64,000 nt of DNA from Hemiscyllium ocellatum (Eukaryota). The notes under the pieces were generated by a model. It was not told the DNA's origin. It was given only the letters and a program-made list of their open reading frames with translations, and made no database searches. The stretch's first letter is position 1, and every line of letters starts with the position of its first letter. Of the stretch, positions 1 through 10,690 are shown piece after piece. The translations under genes and the position numbers were made by a program. The DNA lies in the NCBI RefSeq assembly GCF_020745735.1, contig NC_083401.1:96593740-96657739 (forward strand). Direction: 5' to 3'.

Positions 1-413
1 ACTGGATAAATTAGTGGGTTACCAGAGGATTTTGCAGCATATATTTAGCAAACAAGTAGGAGAGACATCTCATCTAAAAGCCACACTAATGTATATTTTC
101 CCTGTCCTTGGGTTAGTATGAAGAGAGATTTGTCTAAAAAAAAATGAAGTGCAGGAAACTAATTTGAATAAAAATTATATTGGGGGTGGGAATCTGATCA
201 GTTTCAGCACCATACCCCACAGCCAATTATCACTCGTTCAAAAGGATTCAGGTGAATTGACCCAAGTACTATACATTGGTGGAATAATTCAACAAGGAGA
301 GCCCTGGTGTCAGCCAGGACTTTCCATCCCACGGGGCCTTCTGTTGTTATGTGAAGTATAATTGAAAAGATGAAAAGGAGGGAGGGGAAGGCTAAGACAT
401 GCAAAAATCTCAC

Positions 414-490
414 CTGAACACCTGGTGTGTCCTGAACTTGTAGTGCAATCTGCTCTCTATCTACTTGGACTTGTCTTGAGTATAAAGCAC
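414..490 (-). CDS. RASL11B: RASL11B coding exon 3 (77 nt); gene continues beyond the left edge of the window
   Basis: Acceptor atttcag|GT and donor CAG|gtgag. Encodes (G)ALYSRQVQVDREQIALQVQDTPGVQ including the G3 DxxG motif DTPG. No exon-4-like sequence seen in 1-413. Confidence 0.9.
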
Positions 491-624
491 CTGAAATATT
501 AAAGTTAGGCATTTCAGAAGAGAAACTCAAGTTACACTGCCAGGACAGTAAAAGACAAAAAGGATGCCTACGAAATTAGAGTTTCAGAGTTTTCAAAAGC
601 ATGCAAAACTCCTGGACCCGTTAC

Positions 625-681
625 CTGCGTTTCTTTCATAGTCTCCAATGAATCTTCTGGTCAGAAATCGCACCACCAAAG
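625..681 (-). CDS. RASL11B: RASL11B coding exon 2 (57 nt)
   Basis: Acceptor ttcccttag|CT and donor GCA G|gtaac. Encodes (A)[18 protein letters not shown](G); DYERNAG distinguishes 11B from 11A (DYEPNTG). Phases match exons 1 and 3. Confidence 0.92.
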
Positions 682-904
682 CTAAGGGAAGAAACAGACG
701 GGAGGATGACAAAGCTGTTCGTCAGTTCAGGACCCCGCATCCCCAAAAAGGGAGGGCGATAAACACAATGCTGCAGCTGGCAACCAAGTTTCTCTGGATT
801 GCTTCCCCCCACTCCAAATGGAGACTGGCAGAACTCTTCCCCATAGATCAGGGAGCTGTCTGCATACAGCAGCAAACTTTCTGCTCACACTCTCTTCAAA
901 AAGT

Positions 905-1215
905 ATCGGCAACCGTAACACAGTGCCTGGCACCACCCCGGTCTCCAAGCGCCTGGCACCGCGCTGCAGGGGGCAGAGAGCGGCGCCTGGAGACCGCCTA
1001 CACACTGCCCTGTGCTTCTTACCGGTTTTCCCGACGGCGCTGCCGCCGATCACTGCGATCTTGACCACCCGGTTGTTGGCGGTATATTCCAGTGGGCCAT
1101 ATTCCTGGATGGTCGACATGTTCTGGATCAGGCGCATGTCAAATAGCAAAAAGGTAGGAGGCTGCAGCCTGCTCCCAGTCCTGCTTTCTCGATTCTCTCT
1201 GACTACTCCTGCGCT
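905..1215. other. Small CpG-rich island over exon 1 and intron 1
   Basis: Visibly high GC and CpG density relative to the CpG-poor flanks (not computed). Confidence 0.5.
1023..1137 (-). CDS. RASL11B: RASL11B (Ras-like protein family member 11B) coding exon 1
   Basis: Translates MRLIQNMSTIQEYGPLEYTANNRVVKIAVIGGSAVGKT, with the RASL11B-type N-terminus MRLIQNM and a P-loop GxxxxGKT. Ends at ACC G|gtaag donor (phase 1). Confidence 0.9.
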
Positions 1216-1229
1216 CTCTCTCTCTCTCT
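1214..1229. repeat. (CT)8 microsatellite in the inferred 5'UTR
   Basis: ctctctctctctctct. Confidence 0.9.
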
Positions 1230-1322
1230 GTTGTATTGTATGAATTTTCTGTGTCCTCCTTCAGAGCTCTGCAACTTCTCCGCTCTGGCTATGACTCTAC
1301 TTCGTCCTGTATTGCTAGTCTT

Positions 1323-1554
1323 TGCCCTGTCAGCTGTTCCCTCTCCTCCCTGCCCTGTCTGCTGTTCCCTCTCCTCACTGTCCTGCCCTGTCTGCTGTTC
1401 CCTCTCCTCACTGTCCTGCCCTGTCAGCTGTTCCCTCTCCTCACTGTCCTGCTCTGTCAGCTGTTCCCTCTCCTCACTGTCCTGCCCTGTCTGCTGTTCC
1501 CTCTCCTCACTGTCCTGCCCTGTCTGCAGTTCCCTCTCCTGACTGCCCTGTCTG
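1323..1554. repeat. 33-bp minisatellite, ~7 units, in the inferred RASL11B 5'UTR
   Basis: Unit TGCCCTGTC(T/A)GCTGTTCCCTCTCCTCACTGTCC. Five full units at 1351-1515, 28-nt units on each side and a final partial unit. Confidence 0.95.
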
Positions 1555-1606
1555 TTATACTTTCGTTCTCTCTGTGTCTCCGGTTGTTGTCTCCTCCCCC
1601 AGCCCA

Positions 1607-1613
1607 CTTTATA
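1607..1613 (-). promoter_or_regulatory. TATA box of RASL11B (TATAAAG); predicted TSS ~1580
   Basis: Minus strand reads CGCTATAAAGTGGG. No minus-strand ATG occurs between here and the start codon at 1137, and a CCAAT box lies just upstream. Confidence 0.7.
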
Positions 1614-1632
1614 GCGAACGTGTCCGCGCTCT

Positions 1633-1642
1633 CTGATTGGTT
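1633..1642 (-). promoter_or_regulatory. CCAAT (NF-Y) box
   Basis: Minus strand reads AACCAATCAG, matching the RRCCAATCA consensus ~22 bp upstream of the TATA box. Confidence 0.65.
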
Positions 1643-2869
1643 ACTGGAGGCTCTACTGGATGGATACTTGCAACGGGAATGTATTTTACCTGAATTCATT
1701 TCCGAAACTCCGTGCTGTCACTTGATACTGGGCAGAGGCTGCAACTGGACAGAGTGTGAACTGTGCAATTGGATAGAGTTGGCAACTGGACAAAGGCTAC
1801 AGTTAGAACTTAAAACTGAACCGATAACAATCTGTAGCTGGATAATGTTAGCTGGACAGAATCTACAGCAGGACGCATAGTGTTCACCCATTTCTACAAT
1901 GTGCTTTACCACAAGAACTGCACTTAATCATCACTCATTAATTTAGACACTCACTTTAATTACAGGCGTATATTCTAATGGATTGACAGTTGCAACATTG
2001 ACAATGAAACCTAAATATACGAATAAACGGGTGTACTGTACATTGAAAGGCTTGAGTTTTTTTCCGACATGTGTGCGATACCAGTACAGACACCTATATC
2101 CCTACATTCCCTACTACCCTCAACTCTGGTTAAAAAAAAAGTATTGTGGTAATTTTAAGAAATCAAACTTTTAGTTCGAACTGTTTGCACCTGATTTGGA
2201 AACTGGAAATGTTCTCTGTCAAGCAATTCGGTAATTGTTCTAAACGACTATTTCTGAGAGGTTCAGGATGTGATTTTCTGATGAACAACCTCAGGGAATG
2301 TGCCAGGTTTGGAGCTGATGAAGAATGCAATTATTTATACTGTTTACGTTATCTCTTACCAGAAGGGTTTATAATATCTAACTAGGAAAAACTTAAACAT
2401 TTTCAACAAAGATGTAAAGTATAAATGGCAAAAATATTTGCCTCCACAATTTTGTCAGGGCTTTATTTCCCTCATCGCAGAAAGAACGTCCTGATGTTTG
2501 TTATTAATTACAGCTGTAGCTTCTTGCACTGTCCTCAATGTAAAAATCACCAACTTTCTGCATCTTTAAGTATAATTTTCCACCAAAGTGGTAACCACCA
2601 ATCCTGGGACTGAAACTCTTTTTTCAAAGTATCAACTTTAACTACTTGCAGGTTAGTTCTGTGTGACAGATGCTAACTACATCAATGTTACTTTGTTCCA
2701 GTAATATTCCTAATACCAAAAGTGTATTCCCCAATGCACCCTTGTGTTTGTTCCTAATTCTTTTACCAGCCATCCTGTGGCGTCTAATTCCAGTTTTTTT
2801 TTTACCTTGTGTGTAGTTCAAATTAATTGCATTGGTTTTGCAGCTTATGTGAGTTCTGAGTTTGTCAGT

Positions 2870-3270
2870 CAGCCTGTAAGCCAGTATCATACCTGCTTTC
2901 TATCCAAGTCTCTGCCACCAATCAGGACTATCTCAGTTTACACATTCCCCATTGGCAATGCCTTAAATCCATTGGATTGGCTAAATTTTCACAGGACGAT
3001 CTTGACCCTTCCTGATTACCTTTAAGATTTTCCGAGTGCCTCACTATAACTTTCTTAATGAGAGATTCTAACATTTTTCCCCATGACAGATGTAAAGTTA
3101 ACCAGACTGGAGGTTCCTGTTTTCTGCCTCCCTTCTTGAATAGGAATTATATTTGCTACTTTCCAGTCTGATAGATCTCACCAGGATCTAGTGAAATTTG
3201 GAAAGTTAATTTGCTACATTATTAGCCCTCTCTGTTAAGTCCCTAGGATGAAGCCGATCAGATTCCTTGT
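2870..3270 (-). mobile_element. Old CR1 LINE ORF2 fragment
   Basis: Minus strand near 3060-3120 gives a degenerate PVxLTSVMGKMLE-type RT motif; flanks resemble the other CR1 copies in the window. Confidence 0.6.
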
Positions 3271-5305
3271 CTGCTAATGGGTTTTCATTTATCCCCATGC
3301 TTTTGCCTCAGATCCGTTGATGTCTAAACAAGCCTGATGAAAGGTTATGTTCACTAGCATCGAATTTTAGTATATCTAAAAAGCCTGTCAGTACAGTCAG
3401 CAGCTCTCTGCTAAAATCAAAACATGTTCACAGACAAGGGAATCTTTTCAAACTTTTCTTTGCATTGAGGGTGTCCTAACAGCCAAGCCAAAGGGGATTG
3501 CAACTCTAGTCAGAAGTGTGTCTTACGTAACATCTGCTTGTTTGTTTCGAGTAATCTTGCACCCAGATTACACTGCACGACTTCGTCCGTGCAAAACTCA
3601 AACTGCTGACCTGGAACAAATTAATAACTAAATTACAAGTCCAGTCCTTTCGCTCTCTTTCCCCTGCTTGTTACTTTACATCCAACATATTTTTGCAATT
3701 TCTGCACCTATAAGATTAATTCGTTTCAAAATTCCAAAGGGTTAGTAGAGCGTGAACCCAGCTGATCTCTCTGAAAGAGATTAGAATTTGCAAAGGAGAG
3801 ATAATCTGCTGGTTTTACATCCCTTTCAAGCCATTCCTTAAATTCTCCAAGAAACTGGGAACGTGCAGACATGTTGTATGGCAGGTTTAAGTGAGAATAA
3901 CCAGAATAAATTAAAATTCCCTACTTTTTAACTTGTGTTGCCTGGTATTTCAATGCTTAATCAAAATGAACAATGTGACTACAAGTCACAATGAAAAAAC
4001 TTATGCAAGACAACAATGGTTATACTCCATCAGGATCCAATTGGGACTTGATTAAAAAAAAACACAAATTGATTAAATTATATCAGGAATGCGATTACAA
4101 CATGCACAAAGCCTCTGATTTTCCTGTATCAAATAGCCCCAAACTGATAACATTTTAATTTGAATCACCTGGTACAGACATATGTGCTTTGTTACCAACT
4201 CTGGGGACTTACTGTTCAGATCATTGCCTCAGGAATCTTCACCATAGATATTTGCATTCTTCCCTTGATGGCCGAGACAGTTTATCAGTTTATTCAACTG
4301 AGCTATATAAACCAGGCCAGTCTTGGAATTGATCTGTGCTGTGTTAGTTGACTTTATTAGTATCTGTGTGGCCCTGTATTAGGGAGGTGAGATTTACTCA
4401 AAAACTCTTCACTATCCAGTTTTCACTGCTGAACGTGTACATCGCATGGGGTAAGGATGTGGGTAATTGAGCACCCAAACAGCCTTATCAAGATTCACCT
4501 CCATGTAGTGGATACGTAAGTGAGAGAAACCATCAAAAACTAAACGGTGGCCTCATAAATCAGTACCTTAAAGAAAGAGGAGGAGGGAGAAACCTGGCAA
4601 GATAAACAAGTAGTACTGTTTTAAATGTGCCATTTGGAAGATACTTCCCTGCAAGCTTCAGGAACCTACCAGCAGCCTCACCTGGGGACAAGAAACCCAG
4701 TCTAGGTTACTCATGATTTTCTCCCATCAGTCAGCAGTCCTCTAAGCTTGAAGGCAGTGGTAGCACATCAGGGCCAGTCAGTGGGAGACAGAACAAAAGA
4801 GAGAAGCTGCCTCCATGATATACCATGTTTCTCGCTCTTTAGCTTTTTATTTCAAATAAAAAGTTCAGCAGTCTGACTGCCATTGGTTGGCTGATGGTTC
4901 TGGCTGCAGTAGAGGGGGATTTGGTGAGATGTTGGGCAGCAGAGCAGCCTGCAGCTGGTGCGGACAAAAGGCAGGCAGAGTGGGCCTGTAGGCCTGAGTG
5001 GAGCATTGGCCCGTGGACTGCTATTGACTGAGTTGAGAGACTGCTTCAAGATTGCAGAACTGATGCTTCTTCCCCATCGTGGGGTTGGTGGGAGAGTCTG
5101 TATTCTGAGCAGAAAATTCCAGTCAGCCAATGACACTTGAACTCACTAGGTTACTGATGAGTCCTGCTGCTCTTACCCATCTCCCCCATCACCATCTTCA
5201 GCAAAATGGGGAAGAGCTGACCCAGCAATTTGCAACTTAAGTCCAGTTTCCCACATCTTTCCTGACATTCAGCCCAAGGAAAATAATAAAATAATGGGCA
5301 TTGAA

Positions 5306-5421
5306 TAAAACCAAAGAATTGTGTGTCGGAGATCTGAAACAAACAAAACAAATTGTTAGAGAATTTGTCTGGCAGCATCTGAAACAGAAATAATGTTTCC
5401 AGTCCAGTGACCCTTCTTCAG
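5306..5421 (-). mobile_element. Penelope-like 3' tail with decayed HHR (GGGTC-ACTG-GACT stem-II subfamily)
   Basis: Reverse complement reads CTGAAGAAGGGTCACTGGACTGGAAACATT...CAGATGCTGCCAGAC. Similar to copies at 55488 and 62898. Confidence 0.7.
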
Positions 5422-6219
5422 TAACTCCTACTTCAGATACATGGACATGTCTGTAAAGAAAGGAGTATACCTTTGAGACGATAAATTAATACATTTCTGC
5501 CAAAACTTAATAGATGCAATAGTTTATAACAGGCAAAGTACAAAAGTTGCAAATATATAATGCTAGACTTTTACAACCTTTGGTTCCATTTAACTAACAT
5601 GTTCAGGCCAGTTTTAGACAACAGTGAGAATGATTTAATGATCCAGGAAATTCTCAAATATTGTACCAGAGGCAACATGCTCCATTTCAATAGAACAGAG
5701 AAGGTTGGGGTCAAATAGAAATGTTTAAGTCACAACACAGATAAGCTATTTTCACTAGCTGGTAAATAGAGGGCATAATTTTTAAGATATCATCAAAAGA
5801 TAGAAGAGAAAAGGTTTAGGATTTGTTTTTCTCCTCAGTGAGATATTCAGATAAAGATTCAACTTTTAGAAGAAGAATGTGGGGCCAGACCTCATAAGAA
5901 ATAAGTGATTATTTGAAAAATAAAACAGAAGTATTGGATATGAAGAAAGGGCAGGCAATGTGATTATGCAGCTAACCTGTCAATCAGTCAGCACAGACAG
6001 AATACAGTAAACAGATGGATCTCTTTCTCTGCTCCATCAGATGAAACTGCTTTATTGAGCTTCAATTTATCATTACACGTTGTAATGCTGCCTTGTAATA
6101 TATTCCTGCTGGTTTGCAAAGTTGCAGCATTTGTCTATAATTGCATCTCAATGAAATCCCCCAAATCAGGGATGCGCCATGGACTCTTGTTCCCAGTGGA
6201 GAGGGCGGCATTTGAGACA

Positions 6220-6455
6220 GAGGTGATATTGGCATTTTATTTCCAATTCTTGGTTGCTCTGAGGCAGTGGTAGGAGGCCACTTTTTTGAGCCACTTCTAG
6301 CTGTTTTATGCCACTGGCTAGGCTCTATCAGAGGGTAGTTAAAAATCGACCACGACGGTGTGGAACTGGAGTCTATATGTGGGATGGAAAAGAACAAGGA
6401 CTTTCCTTCCTTAAAAACATTAGTGAACCAGTTGGGTTTTTCTGACAGTTTCATG
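6220..6455 (-). mobile_element. tRNA-derived SINE with L2-type tail (degenerate)
   Basis: Similar to the reverse complement of 29195-29530 and 56040-56340. Confidence 0.6.
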
Positions 6456-6798
6456 ATAAATTGAACAGATACAGGTTTGATTGAATGAGATTTTAACTGT
6501 CTTAACTGAATCTTCAGCTATTTGGCTAAGTTTTTTGTACGGTTTTTCACTGTGAAGCCTAGCAGGTATCTTACCAAACTTGCTTAATCCCTATTTACCC
6601 CACCCTTATGGTGTCTCTCCCATCCAACTCTAGCCCCAACTTTCCATGGACCATTCCTGCAACAATCATCACTCAGTAAATCTCTGAGAATTCACCAGCA
6701 TTCTCAGCACCTACATGATCTTTAAAAGCCCATTGTGCACCCAGACAAACACTGTCAGTGGGATCTCCCCTACATGCTGCCTGAGCTTTGCCTTGGAA

Positions 6799-6930
6799 AT
6801 GGCAGACAAGGGGAAATTGGTGCACACTTCATGGTGGTGCCATGACAGGTGGACATTCTCTTCCTCCAGACCAGCATTGGAGGCCACAACAGAGACCATG
6901 CCAACCTGCCACACTGAAGTCAGAAAGCAC
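6799..6930 (+). mobile_element. Fragment of Harbinger-like Myb/SANT exon family
   Basis: cagacaaggggaaattggtgc matches cagacaaggagaaaatggtgc at ~31330. Confidence 0.4.
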
Positions 6931-7184
6931 ACAGTATCTCTTCTCCCTCCACTATCTCAGTTGCTTTCTCTGCTTGAGCAATACAAAACCATGGGAGTGC
7001 AGGCAGGCAGAACTAGGAAGAAGATAATTTGAGATGCCCAGTGCAAAAGTAAATAAAGTTATTCCAGCCAAAGAAAAGTCCCATTTGAGAAGTACTGCAA
7101 TGGGAATGATGGCAAAGAAGTACCCGAGGAAGTACAGAGCATCAGAGGGCCCTTGGTCTGTATGTTCATCAATCTTTAAAGGCA

Positions 7185-7535
7185 GCAGGACAGGGTAGAT
7201 AAGGTGGTTAAAAAGGCATATGGGATACTTGCCTTTATTAGTCAAGGCATTAAATACAAGAGCAAGAAAGCTACGATGGAGCAGAGTGATTCAAAATGAA
7301 GAAAGATTAAAAAGACTGAGAGCTGTGGTTTCTGGAAATCACTGACTGAAAGGATAGTAGAGATGCAAATTCTCAAGATATTTTAGAATTATTTAGATAA
7401 GTACTTGAAATGCCATAGCATGCCAGGCCACTGGTCAAGTACTGGAAATGGGATTAGGCTAGATAGATGTTTTCTGACAAGCACAGACACAATGGGCCAA
7501 AGGAGCTCTTTCCATGCTGTAAAACCTCTATGACC
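7185..7535 (+). mobile_element. CR1 3' fragment with internal deletion
   Basis: VDKVVKKAYGILAFISQGIKYKS motif and a CR1-type 3' tail ending ctctatgac. Confidence 0.75.
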
Positions 7536-9093
7536 TTCTATGGCAACAATTTTGTTCCAAGATAGACCATTTTGGGAAACATGCTCTTTATGTTCAGTTT
7601 ATATGGAAGAGGTAAATGCTGTTTACAGCTTCGTCCAATTTTACAAAATTTGGCTTGAAAACAAATTTAAATAATAACACCTCAAGTAAATCAAGTCATG
7701 CACATTGTTATCATAGTTACTCAAACTTAGTTCTAATTTTATGTCATTGCTCATCAGAAGTAAAGACCTACAGTGTCCCAGGGCTTCAGTTTACAATAGA
7801 ATTCAACATGGTAAGTAAACTTGCTGTAGGTGAGAGGAGTGAAGCTATCACTGTGTTGCAGTGAGCATGTTATGCAGGCAGGCAGGTGGCTAAAGGTGAT
7901 GATAGAGCTCTGTTTTGTTTTACAAGAGAGTACACTCTCAGGCTTTTAAAATTATTTGTCCATGTTGTAAAATGACAGGTGATTGGCCAGCATAATGAGA
8001 AAGTAAAAGAAAGAGATTTACATTCCACTTGCGAATGGAAACAAAACTGCTGCGGCATAAGGGTAAAACTGTGAGGATTCCCTCCTAATTATGAATATAA
8101 ACCAGAAACGAGAATCAACAACTTGCTACATAATATGTTATGAAGTTACGTATTTGGGACCAATAATTATTTACCATGAGAAAAGCCAAACTAAAATGTC
8201 TTTTTTCACAGAAAGAATGCCGTAATGTGACAGAAATCTGAACAACTTGGTGGAAAATACGTGACATTGAGATTTGGCACAGAAGAAAAAATTATTTTGA
8301 GTCACATTTTTACATCACATTCTGAGTAATCTGAATCTGAAGACATTTCCAAACACAGGAATAGCAGTTGATAATATCCACTTTGTTTTTGGAAAGTTTG
8401 CAAATACTATTTGAGATCAGTCCAAAATACACCAGCAAGATCCCCTTAAAAGACAAGGATGAGTGAGCAAAGGCATATAGGCTGTGCAACAAGTGATAAA
8501 GCTGTCACATAAAACAGATTTTGGATTTATTTTTAGAAGGAATTGAGTAACTATTCCCTGTCACAAGTTTCTGGCAGTGAAATTAATTGCTTTTATTAAT
8601 AGAATATAAATGTATTAGTCTTGTGTTTTATCCTCTCCACCCCACTCCCCCACAGCAAACCATAGTTACAGTATCTATAAACTGAATGTATTAATAGGAA
8701 GACAAAGACTTTAACCCTTGCAGTAGTGTCTTTCTGTTCGGTGTCTAGGGTTTTAGGGTTTCCCGTCAGACCGGTCAGGATATCATGCAGAAGTGATAAA
8801 TGAATTCAAGTTATTCCCTCACCCCCACTGCCATATCCCCCAAAAGGAGGGACTTAGAATTGAAATAAATCAGGAAGTTGCTCAGCTCCACTGGGCCTAA
8901 TGGGATCTACGTAAACTCATGAGCTCTCTATTATGTAATGCAAAAACTGTTACGCTGTGGGAGAGGGGACACCACATTGATGTGACAGCAGCAGATACTC
9001 ACAGCCTGATGGATACAACATGAGCTGCCAAAGTAGGGGAGAGTGTTGCTGGGCCAGCACACAAATTCCCACTTGCTGCTTATCCAATTTCAC

Positions 9094-9212
9094 CATCACT
9101 TCAGCTGATGCTCCGAAAGCTTGTGATTTCACAGAAATCTGTTGGACAATAACCTGGAGTCGTGTGACTTCTGACTTTGCCCACCCCAGTCCAACACCGG
9201 CACCTCCATATC
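9094..9212 (+). mobile_element. Penelope-like tail, second family (GAAAGCTT-type HHR remnant), with 12-bp TSD
   Basis: ctgatgctccgaaagcttgtgatttc...ccagtccaacaccggcacctcca; homologous to 35886-36048. Flanked by atccaatttcac (9082-9093) and atccaatatcac (9213-9224). Confidence 0.65.
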
Positions 9213-9279
9213 ATCCAATATCACTGGCAGGTATGGTACATGGAGACAGTGACTTGGAGAGAAAAAAACACGAGGAAGT

Positions 9280-9670
9280 CAGGCATTTATATAGAGTTTT
9301 CTCATCGTCACATATGGGCCCAAAATCATTCACAGCAAAAGAAATATCACACAAACATGTCAACCTATTTTTGTGCTGCAAGCTCTCACAGATAGTATTG
9401 TCAGAGAAGCCAGGGAACTTGTTTTGGTGATTTTTTTTTGTGAATAAACATCAGCCATTATACCAAAGAGAATTCTGCTGTTTTACCTCAAATTATTATC
9501 TGTTACCTCCACCTGAGAGGATATGGGGCTCTGTTTTAATATGTCATCAGTAAGAATTGACCTCTTTAACAAAGCAGTATTTTCTCAGCGTGATAACGGA
9601 GCATCCACATGAATATGGTCAAGCCGAAGGAGTGGGTCGAGAAGCCAGAATCTGACTCAGAGACAAGACC
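9280..9670 (-). mobile_element. Ancient DeuSINE-like (SacSINE1/AmnSINE-type) element
   Basis: Recognisable degenerate blocks: gcaagctctcacaga, ccacctgagagg...ggggctctgttttaat...tcatc, ggagtggg...tctgactcagag. Confidence 0.55.
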
Positions 9671-10324
9671 AAAATGATTTGTTTGTGTGTTTGGAATTTT
9701 CCACAGGAGAAAAAGGTAAAATTGTGATAATATTTGGTTTCATTTCCCTATTGTCACATGTATTTTGTTAAAAAAAATACAATGAAGAAGTGTTGTCACC
9801 ACTCTGCGGTACAATCTTAAAACACAGAAAAATAAATGAAAACATAGAATCTAAAGACAGGAAAACAAAGAAATAAGGAAAAAAATGTTCAGCTTTACAA
9901 TCCTTGTTGTCAACTGCTCCGTCATGGGCCACATGCCTGCTGGTCAAGCTCGGGTCCCCTCCCCCACCCCCGCACCGCTGCCATTGGAATGAAAGTCACC
10001 ACTCTCTGTGCCATCTCGCTTCCACCCTTGCCACTATGAGTCCTCACTGGACCTTGCCAATGCCACAGGATACCGCACCGGTCCAAACCCAACTCAACCG
10101 CCCACGTGAATCCACCTGAGGCCCACCTCGCCGATGCAGCTAAAGAACCTTCCAGCTCATGAACAGTCAGATATGCTGTGACCTGAACACTCCTTCCATG
10201 GTCATCATTATCAAATAGTGACTAATGTGACGTATTGGGAAATGTAAATAAGCAAAAATATTTTGTATATTCTTGGAATATTAATATTCTGAATTAGTAA
10301 TAACAGAGTTATTCATTATTATTT

Positions 10325-10690
10325 GATCGTGAAATGTAGGGATTGCTGGCCAAGCCTGCGTTCCCTGCCCGTCCCCAACTGCCCTGAAGCCAAGTGGCTG
10401 TCTAGATAATTTCAGAGGACAGTTAAGAATCAACCACATTGCTGTGGTTTGGAGTCTTTTAAATGCAAATTTTAATGAATTCAAATTTCACCATATGTTG
10501 TGGTGAGATTCAAGACATCCCACAGAGCACAAGAAACTTATCAGCCGTGATTGAATGACGGAGCAGACACAATGGGTTGAGAGGCCTATGTCTTAACTAC
10601 TTCTACTTCTATGTCTAAAGTTCTTATAGTCTTAGGAGGCGGGGTTTTTCAATTACCCCTGCACCTATTGTCTATTGTCTATTTCTATTA
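10325..10690. mobile_element. tRNA-SINE (minus) plus short CR1 3' tails (plus)
   Basis: SINE body at 10325-10525. CR1 tail cctgcacctattgtctattgtctatt at ~10658-10685 is near-identical to the tail at 25340-25364. Confidence 0.6.

Noticed and set aside
727-1149. 140-aa ORF as a single-exon protein
   Set aside because: Only 1023-1137 is Ras-like. The rest is read-through past a canonical donor into intron 1, and the listed start is a non-ATG codon upstream of the real Met.
1323-1554. CRISPR-like array
   Set aside because: Contiguous tandem units with no unique spacers, no cas genes, and a vertebrate context.
1203-1880. Several 100-214-aa repetitive ORFs (Cys/Ser-, Leu- or Glu/Gln-rich)
   Set aside because: By-products of the 33-bp minisatellite, whose unit length is a multiple of 3; no independent coding evidence.
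3335-3365. CTGATGA motif as a hammerhead
   Set aside because: No GAAA, no convincing stem II and no Penelope tail downstream.
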